DNA of 57,028 bases, counting the filler, from Dugesia japonica (Eukaryota), in the NCBI GenBank assembly GCA_001938525.1. It is 5 parts of 5 records of this genome, joined end to end, with 100 filler letters (N's around TTAATTAATTAA, not from the genome) between each part and the next. Parts side by side here need not be neighbours in the genome. Positions count along the whole stretch, not along the records: positions 47,361 to 57,028 come from MQRL01642647.1; 4 more parts are not named here. One strand, given 5' to 3'. Shown here in pieces: positions 48,111-57,028 of this stretch. Below the pieces are notes generated by a model that was not told the DNA's origin, did no database searches, and saw only the letters and a program-made list of their open reading frames with translations. Each line of letters begins with the position of its first letter. Position 1 is the stretch's first letter. The translations under genes were made by a program, and so were the position numbers.

Positions 48111-48905
48111 TAAATTATTTTGTAAAGTTTGTAATCAATAGCATTTAAGATAAGATAAGGTAAAACAAAAATTAAATTGTAGTTTAATTAGAATGTTGTA
48201 ACTTATTTCAAACTTTAAAAATGAATGAAAAAATGTTGCGCCTGCAGGCACATGTATTAAAATTTCAAAATCAAAATAGTGGCGCAAGCATGCGCCACTT
48301 TCTAATTCAAAACTTCACAAACAAAAGTGTTGACTATTTCTTTAATTTATTAATTCCTTTTTGTTGTTCGACAATTTGATTTTCAAGTTTTTTAAAATAT
48401 CATTAGTGTTAAATTTAACTTCTTTTTTATTTTCATGATATATAAAATCTTAAATTTCTTTTACCATATTCTTACTAAAAGATATTTCTTCATCAGTTAA
48501 AATGTCATCACTTAAAGCTTTTAAAGAATTAAAAGATTCATTTAATTATTTTATTTTAATAATTAAATCACTCTTGCTTTTATCCATGATTTATTATTTT
48601 CCAAAAGTTGTTGAATATAAATACTTTGATTGTTATTCGTTTGCGCTACCTCATTTAATTAATTTTTTACATCAGTGGTTTCACTCTTGATATTATTATT
48701 AACTTCATTCTTCAGATTATTTAAAGATTTTAAATTAATAGGATCTAATTAATTTTTAGGCTCATTAATAATTTTCAAACAAGGAATTGAATCTCTACTT
48801 GCATTAACAAACCTTTTATCATTGTTTACAGATTCTAATTTCAATTTAGCAAAACATGTTTTAATATTTCTGTATTATTTTGACTATTTAACGTATCTCC
48901 AAATT

Positions 48906-49238
48906 TATTCATTTTCTAAAAAGGTAATATACAGTTCATTAATTAGTTCATCAAAGGTTTTACAATTTAAAGAGTATAAAAAATATAAACATAATATTCC
49001 ACAAATACTAGTTTCAAAAGGTTGAACTGTATTGAATTTCATTATATACATTTACCTTTGATTCTATATCTTTAAAAGGTTTTAATCCATAATAATCAAA
49101 ATAATAATCTTTATAAAAACCAACCCAATGACTTCCTTTTTGATTTGAATTTTGATAATTTAAAATATATTTATTATTTCGAAACCTACGGGTTTCGATT
49201 TTATTTTTATTTAAGAATTTCATAATCTTATCTTTCAT
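48906..49238 (-). pseudogene. Adenain-type virion maturation cysteine protease (frameshift near 49025)
   Basis: ILNYQ..GSHWV..YFDYYG, then QPFETSICGILCLYFL (catalytic H, D, Q, C). Confidence 0.88.
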
Positions 49239-49249
49239 ATTTTGTTGTT

Positions 49250-49522
49250 AAAGTATATTGGGCTGTTGATAGATCTGGAATAATTTCAATTTCATGATCT
49301 TTTAATTTACTAGAAATTTCTATAATTTCATAAACGCCTGGTTCTATTGTTTTTGTTTTTTTTCAATATAAAAGTATTATTTTTACTACTAACATTAAAA
49401 ATTATATCATAACAACTAAAAGATGATAAAGCCAATTGATAATCAGAATCTAATTCTATTGGAAATCTCAAATCAACTTCTAAATCAGATTCTTTACCAA
49501 CAACTAAAAATTGATGAGACAT
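49250..49522 (-). pseudogene. Minor capsid (penton) protein, N-terminal part
   Basis: RFPIELDSDYQLALSSFSCYDIIFNVSSKNNTF..EPGVYEI matches the Polinton penton N-terminal pattern. Confidence 0.7.
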
Positions 49523-49549
49523 TTTCTTTAGAAAAAGTATTTATTTTTA

Positions 49550-50312
49550 TAAAAATTATATTTTTCTTTGGTAATTAATTCTTGGTTTAATAATTCTTTA
49601 CAAACAGATTTAATTTCTGTGTAAATTATCATGACCTGCTTTCACTGCTGAAATTAATAATGTTATTCTTTCAAATAAAGATAGTGGATCCGAATTTGAG
49701 TTTGAAGTAAAATGAGGTCCGTTAGGATTTAAACCTTCAACTATAATTGGAACTTCTTTTTCAGTAATTGGTTTATTAAAGTTTCTATAATATTAAGACT
49801 TATGAGAAATTCTAATGTTTATTTTTTTTACATAAAAAACTTTTGCTTCTGGATCATTACTTCCATTTCTTAAAATTAAAATCATTACTTCTTCAGAATA
49901 AGGAATTAGTTCTGGGTTATTTAAAAGTATTTCTTAGAAGCTTCTTTAAATAAATCTATTACTGTTTGTGATCCTTTATCATTAGGATAAATGATCTTTT
50001 GAAAGTGTTACCATTAATATTTTCTATTTCAAATATAGGTATATTTGTTTTAGATAAATTTCCAACATTTAAATTATTTTTAGGAAAGAATGTTATTCTA
50101 TTTTCAAAAGGGTTTATATGTTTTGTATTTAAATTTTCAATAACTTTCATAGTTGGTTGTGGTTCCAAAGTTAAAGTATCTTTTAAAATGTTCGATTCAA
50201 TTACATTTCCAGTTAATAAATTTTTATAATCATCTTGAGCTTTAATTAATTCTTTCAAAAGTTTTATTCTTGCTAACATTTCTTCATTATCCATTTTATT
50301 TAGGATTTTCAT
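49550..50312 (-). pseudogene. Conserved Polinton protein with C-terminal DP..L.ERI.LLI....AG motif
   Basis: DPLSLFERITLLISAVKAGHDN..TEIKSVCKELL, frameshifted. Confidence 0.55.
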
Positions 50313-50329
50313 TAGGAATTTTTATAAGG

Positions 50330-50832
50330 TTTTAAATACAAACCGACACCTCTTACTTTAACCTGTACTTCTTTTTTAAAGTTTTTAGTAATCATCTTTA
50401 ATTCTTAATTTGATGAACTATTTTTTAAATATTTATGTATTGCACTTCCTTGATATGGTTTTAAATCTAATCTATTTCTAGTTTTATTATCATGAAGTTT
50501 TTCTTATTTTATTTGTTCAGCAAGTTTATTTTCTAAATCATTTTTCTGTAATTCAACTTATTTCGTTTCTTTTTGTTTTTTAATTTATCTCTAGAATTAC
50601 TTACAGTTGATGCTATTTCGGTTGCAATTCCGGCTGTTGATGCTAAAACAGCAATTATAGCTGGTATTACAGCAAGGAAAGTAAATCGTCCTTCATTTTC
50701 TATAGCTAATTTCTTTTTTATTTCTTTTTAAACTTTATTACCAATCCAATAGTTTTAACCATTTATTTTTACAGATTTACTTTTATTTGAATTTATCAAA
50801 TCAACTAATACTTGTTCTGATATTGAAGACAT
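50330..50832 (-). pseudogene. Putative virion core / membrane-active protein
   Basis: EGRFTFLAVIPAIIAVLASTAGIATEIASTV is a small-residue hydrophobic helix after a decayed GG-F-like protease site. Confidence 0.5.
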
Positions 50833-50979
50833 TTTATTTAAAAAAATAATAAATATATTCTTATTTATGGATAGTATCCAAATTCAAATCATCTTTCACC
50901 TCTCTCCTCTTCTTAATTTAAAGAGGTAGGAGGATTTTTTAAGAAATGTAATTTATGGGGCCATTTAGGATTTTTCCTC

Positions 50980-51240
50980 TTTAAATAAATCTTCTATTAA
51001 TACATCAGCTTCTCTATTTAAATAATAATTATTATACTTAGTTTTTCAATGTAAATTTACATGATAATCATATTCCATATTACTTGAAAATATATTACTA
51101 AACAAATCATAATAAACTTTACCTTTATCAGTTTTATTTAATTTGAAAAAGATGAAACAATTTGAGTTATTTCTAATAGTTTTTATCTAAATGAAAATAA
51201 GTTTGAGAAATATAAAAAAAATAGTTAACCACTTCCAAAA
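50980..51240 (-). pseudogene. A32/FtsK-like packaging ATPase, C-terminal half
   Basis: QTYFHLDKTIRNNSNCFIFFK motif. Walker A not seen. Confidence 0.7.
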
Positions 51241-51397
51241 TGTTTTAGGTTCTTTATCTTTTTCAATTGTTTCATTATCTTTTTCAATATTATTTTTTTG
51301 TATTTACTCTACATTATCATTTACAATTGAATGTTTAGAACCTCGTTTATTTTCCATGTTTTTTTTTATTATTTCATCAATTTAAAATTTATAAAAA

Positions 51398-51931
51398 CTA
51401 AGATTTGTTATTTTTTTTATAATCTTTTGCCATTTTCCTACGAAAGAAACTTCTTATTTCAGTTTTTTGTGCATAACCTTCCATATGAGGTTTATCTAGT
51501 TTATTCAATACTAATTGATATATACTCATACTATATGGATCCATATTAGTAAAATTTGAATTTTCAAGATAACTAGTAAAAAATGAAGTTTCTGCTTTTA
51601 ATTTATCATCATTGNTCATACTATATGGATCCATATTAGTAAAATTTGAATTTTCAAGATAATTAGTAAAAAATGAAGTTTCTGCTTTTAATTTATCATC
51701 ATTGTGCTCATAACTATTTTCATTTATCCAATTCCAAAATAATTCTGATGAATTTCTTAAATTTTTTAACACAAGTGATTTCTTTACATATTCACTTTCT
51801 TCTGTTTCTTGTTTAAAAATATCCAATTTCAAAGCTTCTTTTAATTCTTGCTTAATTTCTTCTTTTAGAATATTTTTTGATACTTCATTTAAAATACATT
51901 TGAAAATAAAATCAAAAAAATTGTCACTCAT
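51398..51931 (-). CDS. Polinton hypothetical protein (contains a 90-bp duplication around an N)
   Basis: Open 177-aa ORF inside the viral cluster; no recognisable domain. Confidence 0.45.
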   Translation of the reverse strand: MSDNFFDFIFKCILNEVSKNILKEEIKQELKEALKLDIFKQETEESEYVKKSLVLKNLRNSSELFWNWINENSYEHNDDKLKAETSFFTNYLENSNFTNMDPYSMXNDDKLKAETSFFTSYLENSNFTNMDPYSMSIYQLVLNKLDKPHMEGYAQKTEIRSFFRRKMAKDYKKNNKS

Positions 51932-51949
51932 TTTAATTTAAATTTTATA

Positions 51950-52730
51950 AAACATTTTTCTGAAGTTCATTACTATAAAATCTACCTATAATCTTTTCAT
52001 TTTTAAATCAGTAATTTCATAAGTAAAAGTTTGTATTATATACTTTTGTTACAACAAATATTTCATTTGTCCATTTCGCTGAAAAACCTTTTTCGAATTT
52101 ATATTTAAAGATTCTAACTCAATCACCAATTTTAAAGTTTTGTTTTTCTTTTATAAAATCATTTTCATGATTACGATCTTCAATTATTTCTTTTATTTTT
52201 TCAGGATTTTCATTATCGTCTTTTGTAGTTGTTTTTAAAGAAGAATGGATTGTATTATTATAATCATTTACAATCTTTTGTATTAAGTTATTATCCAATT
52301 TTTGATTTCCGACTAATGTAAAATGTTTAAATAATTTATTTTTGAATGTTTTATTAAATTTTTCTATAATAACTGCTTTACCTTCATTTTCAGTTGAATA
52401 TAAATTAATATTATTTTCTTTACAAAAAGATTTAAATATTTTATTATAAAATTCACTTCCTTTTATCAAACCATAAATTATTTGGAATTCAATAATTTTC
52501 TTCAATTATATTTTCTAATGGATTTGTTATTCTTTGACCTGTTTTTGAATTACATATTTCTACAAATGCATATCTAAAATATAAATCACTAACTGTTAGT
52601 ATTATTTTTTTGTTAGGCATAAAGATTAAATCTGCAGACCAAGTTTCCTCAATTTCATTAATTATAACTTTTAGGAAATGTTTTTGTTTTTGACAATCTT
52701 TATGTAATTCATTTGGACGAAGTTCATTAT
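51950..52730 (-). pseudogene. Polinton retroviral-like (rve) integrase
   Basis: NELHK, ETWSADLIFM, LWFDKGSEFYNK, KAVIIEKFNKTFK, KWTNEIF, IIGRFYSNELQK. Confidence 0.9.
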
Positions 52731-52744
52731 GATAATGTTTCTCT

Positions 52745-53085
52745 ATTTTCTACAATAGAGCCAGCACCTAAAATAATTTCCCCTTTCATTGCTAATTTTA
52801 CTAAACCTCTTTCTATCTTTTCAGAAATAGTTGGATTTTGAATATTATTTAAATCATGAATTAAATTTACATCAGCCAAATATCTATCTCTTAAGTATTC
52901 TGATTTTTAAGATAAATCATGTTTTAAAGTTACTTTAACTCTATTAATTGGTTCTTCTCCTGGTTTCGGATTATTATTTTCATCTAATCTTAAATCTAAT
53001 CTTGTTCCTGGTCCAAGTAAATGATTTTAAAATTGCACTTGTTATATTAAAAGATTGAAAATCTCCACCAGTTATTTTACATATT
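52745..53085 (-). pseudogene. Parvovirus VP1u-like phospholipase A2 protein
   Basis: LLGPGTRLDLRL..EEPINRV..KHDLS..RYLAD (Ca-loop GPG and catalytic HD). Confidence 0.85.
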
Positions 53086-53169
53086 TTTAAATGTCTAACT
53101 TTATATTTTGTTGAAATTATCAAAAATACATTTATTATCCATTATATATATTTTAGAATTAGAAAATTT

Positions 53170-54363
53170 TAACGTAAATTTTCACCTCGTTTAATTTCAA
53201 TCATAACAGTTTTAGAAGTTACATCTACATTATTAATATTTAATTTATCATCTTGAGAACTAACATCAAAACAAAATATTGGATACAAATCACTAAACTC
53301 TTGTAAAGATAATTGTGGTTCTATGAAAGTCTTTACGACAATTTAAATAATTTAAGTTAGGAAAAACTATTTCATTATTATCAATATTAAATTTACATTC
53401 ATTTATAGGATAATATGTATTATGTTATTGTATTTGAGTACTTTTAAGAGAATAATATTTAATTACATCCACTTTTGGTTCTCCTTCTTTAACAGTTTTT
53501 TTTATATTCTTTGAATAAATAAATTATTATTCTTTTTATAAGAAATTTTTGAATCTTTTACACCTATAAATATATATCTTGGTTTATAAGTTAAATTACT
53601 TAGTTTAACTGAATAATAATTTCTTGAATCTAAAGTTGTTTTTCAGACAATTCTATGAAAAAATGAAACTTGAATAGATTTATTTCTATTGATTCTTTCC
53701 AACAGATTTACTTCCATTTTTTGGAACTAATCTACATTCTGGTATATTTAATTCTAAAGTTGTTAATTTTTAAGTTGCTGTTTTATCTTTATCCCCATAA
53801 AATAATAATTTATCATTTATTTCTCAATTACATGTAAATTCCATGATTGTATTATATAATAATCTATTATAACATTAGATAAATCCAAATAAATTTTTCA
53901 ATGAAAAATAACCTTCAAATTTCTTTTATATATTATAAAGTTTATTTTTTTTATAAAAACTTGTTTGTATCTGGAATCCATACTTATAATTCTGCATATA
54001 TATTTTTATAGGTTGAACTGGTTGTTATAAAATTTAATATTGTTGATATTATTCCAGGTTCGTTGATTATTTCTACATCTGAAGATCCTCAAGTTAATCT
54101 CATTGATTTAAATAAACTTGGAAACCAATTATTTCCAAAGTTATTTTATCTCCATCTTTAATATCAATCTCTATTTTAAAATACAACATTAAATTACAAA
54201 TGTTTAATAGATATGTAGATTGTAACGATTGAAAAACAATATCTCCAGAAGACATTAAATTATTAATTGAACCAGTTGAAGGTGAAATTCTTAAAACATC
54301 ATTTTTCAAAAATAAATGATAAAAATTAATATTATAATCAAGATCAAGTTTTATTGTATCCAT
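53170..54363 (-). pseudogene. Double jelly-roll major capsid protein
   Basis: ~1.2-kb broken frame: NWFPSLFKSMRL..IINEPGI, LKNLFGF, KPRYIFIG, YYP, LYPIFCFDVSSQ. Confidence 0.8.
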
Positions 54364-54929
54364 TTTTCTAAGTAATAAAATAACAAAATAAAAAAGTTGA
54401 TCGAATATTGAAAATCTATTTTCGTTTGCATTTGCAATTGCGTTTGCGTTTCTAGTAATAGAAAATAACAAAATCTATTTTTATAATATTGATAATTATT
54501 CCCACATGTAAAATTTTTAACTTTAGATTTATTTTTTTTCAATTTTTTCTTTTCAAACAACACTTGGAGGTTTTAATTTATTTATAATACATCATTTTTT
54601 ATATTTTTAAAATTTATTTTTATTAGTATTAAATTTTTTATTACAATAACCACCAAGCCATTCATAATTAAAATCGAATCTACATTCACCTAAATCAAAA
54701 TGTTTATATAAATTAATTTTACCATCAAATTTTTCTTTGCAATCATTACAAGTATATTCTTTCATTTTTATTTTTTAAAAATTTTATTATATTTTTTAAA
54801 AAAACAAAAAGTCAAAAAACCAAGACATCAACCCAAGAAGTGTATAAACAACGCATTCCTATAAATATTGCAATTTACTTTCATAATACAAAATTTTATA
54901 TTGTTATTTTTTTAAGTATTAAACATGTA

Positions 54930-56330
54930 GGTGAACAAAAGGCCTGAATCTTGCAGGGAATGCGTTGTTGTTACACGACTTTCCCTGAATCGATACCGTA
55001 ACACTTGGTTTGCCTTGCAATATATGGTACGAAATATTTGTTTTCTTTTCTGCTTCAACTTTGCTAACCCATTCTATTTTTCTATCATCCGCAAAATTTT
55101 ACCTCTAAGAATTTTTAAAATTTTTCTGTAAATTTTCCTATATCATCACACTTTTCGACCTCTTGACAATAATTACTAACTTCATTTAACAATGGATGGC
55201 TCCAATCCACTCTTCTACTGGTGGAGCCCTGCCTTTTGGGTACTGCCTTTTGGAATCACTTTCATATACTTTTTCATATCCATTGTTTATACTAACATCT
55301 TCATCTTCAATCGCATGTACTTGATTTTAGCGAATTCTTGATCTTTCTGCAGTCATAAATTTCTCATTGATTCTTTTCATTTTCAAATTTGTGTAGCACT
55401 CTTCTGATTTATGTTCACCATTACCACATAGTTTACACCTCAATTCTTGACATAATTTTTTATATGGGCAACTTTTCCACAACCAAACCATTTTGCTGGT
55501 TTTTTGTTTGGATAATCTTGACTTATATGTCCTGTTTTATGACAAGCCCAACACTCCACCACTTTTTTTGTCTGAAAATTTGATTTAGTATTACCGATCG
55601 TATGACATAACCGACATTCGATATTTTGTTTTTCCTTTCTTTGCTCCACATTTCTATTCATTGTATGATTTACCGGTTTCTGAAAATTTCGGTTTGCAAC
55701 TCTTGCATAACTTCTAACTCCATCAACTCAATCTCTGTTTTTCTCTACTCGATCTACTAAAGTCATTGTTTCTTCAATTTCTTCTATATTCTCTCGTTTC
55801 CGCAAAGTCACTTCTTCTTCAACTAACATCTTGGCTACCATTTTTCTTCAGTAAAATTTTTATTTGTAAATTATATTTTTACTAAATCTTCATTTCCCCG
55901 CCCGTAGTTAATTAAATTTGGAAAATCTTTGATAACATCTTTCTCTTTCTCAAATGCCATACGTAAATGAGTCTGAAAACCTTCAACTTTTTTCAACATC
56001 TTTACATATTTTTCCAACAAATCTTCATTTAAAAAACACGAGTCAAATCTCTCTTGTTGTTTCACATGGGTGATGTTTTTAGTTTAAATACAATTCACAT
56101 CGCTTGATGAATTTCTCAGTATCATCTCCTCTGCAGAACACATTCGGTAATAACCTCTCTGTAATAGAATCTGTATTTACCGCTGCCACCCTGTTAGGTA
56201 AATCTTCAATTGGTAATTAATTTTGCAAATCACTACTAATATTTTGAGACATCTTTACTTACTACTACTAACTATGTTTCATAAAATAAATAATATTGAA
56301 TACAAGCATTTTTATATTTATATTTATGTA
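54930..56330 (-). mobile_element. Ty3/gypsy 5' part: LTR remnant, PBS and gag with multiple zinc knuckles, decayed
   Basis: Minus strand ..CTAACA-GGG-TGGCAGCGG (PBS-like) near 56180-56195. Knuckles CRLCHTIGN, CWACHKTGH, FGCGKVAH, CGNGEHKSEEC. Confidence 0.75.
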
Positions 56331-56409
56331 ACTCAATTTCTATTGGGTGAAATTATTAATTAATAATTATTTCCTCATAATTATATTAACTTATTTCAAA
56401 ATTAAAGAA

Positions 56410-56660
56410 GAAATATGTTTTAGTCATGATAAATCGATACAGCAAATTTGCCATTGTGTCAAAAATCTTTAGTTGAATCAACGAAAGATAATTAGATAAA
56501 TGGATTTGGTAAACCGAAATCCATACCGACAGATAAAGCCAAGATATTTGATGAAATGGATGACACAGAAATTTGGAATTACACACGAATTTTTGTCTCC
56601 ATACCAACATCAATCAAACAGTTTCGCAGAAAAACGACCAGGACTCTACGACATATAAAA
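56410..56660 (+). pseudogene. Ty3/gypsy integrase core fragment
   Basis: Homologous to 12780-13030 (YVLVMI.RYSK, FGKPKSI.TDKAKIF, SPYQHQSN.FAE). Confidence 0.7.
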
Positions 56661-57028
56661 TAATAGCTTTGATCAAATAAAATATGGAAAGCATGAAAAA
56701 AGGAAGAAGAAACATGGAAAAAAATTATATTAAACAGTGAAAATATTATGAATTCATTGGAACAAAATATTTTAGAAAAATTTTTAAAATTATGGAAAAA
56801 TTATCCATAAATTTTCTCAGTTTAATTTACTGATTGAAAAATGATTTCACTGAAAACATGACAATTTTCACAATTACTTATCTCAAAATACATTTATTTA
56901 AAAAGTATTTAAGACATTTTGAAGCCGATGAATAATTTGTTTAAAAATATGAATTAAAGGGAAACAAAAGAGTTTTCAGATTATAAATGTTGATAATACT
57001 CAGGGAGAATTCTACTGTTATTTTTTCA

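Larger units (their letters stand above)
47860..54840. mobile_element. Endogenous Polinton/Maverick (adintovirus-like) virus, decayed
   Basis: Compact intronless cluster: polB 3' end (+) converging on minus-strand protease, penton, core proteins, ATPase, integrase, PLA2 and major capsid. TIRs not seen. Confidence 0.9.

Noticed and set aside
51525-51704. 90-bp in-frame duplication in a Polinton ORF
   Set aside because: The junction is a single N, so it is likely a scaffolding artefact.
42392-54840. Linkage between host genes (CA, PH-SH2) and the Polinton
   Set aside because: Separated by the artificial spacer at 47261-47360; different contigs.

Overview
This is very AT-rich animal (metazoan) genomic DNA. 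It is five separate contigs joined by artificial 100-bp spacers (44N-TTAATTAATTAA-44N at 18938, 27949, 37730 and 47261), so adjacency across spacers means nothing. Host genes reconstructed by hand from splice signals: the 3' six exons of a laminin beta-like gene (minus, 1891-17508), a six-exon alpha-carbonic anhydrase whose zinc ligand His94 is replaced (38452-42114), an intronless eIF4G-like gene, an intronless PH+SH2 (SH3BP2-like) adaptor and a small secreted PAN/Apple-domain protein. The rest is dense, often nested, decayed mobile DNA: hAT, MULE, mariner, IS630/Tc1, a piggyBac MITE, Ty3/gypsy, several Penelope-like retroelements (PLEs), and two Polinton/adintovirus-type viral relics. One of these still shows polB, protease, penton, ATPase, integrase, PLA2 and major capsid. 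The most striking unannotated signal is a set of about 11 minimal type-I hammerhead ribozyme motifs from three PLE families. One family has an ultra-short helix III (GAAA-NN-UH) with covarying palindrome and helix I, and occurs as small non-coding TSD-flanked insertions, including a head-to-head double-ribozyme hairpin at 16071-16333. All calls are by-eye motif recognition; no database searches were run.
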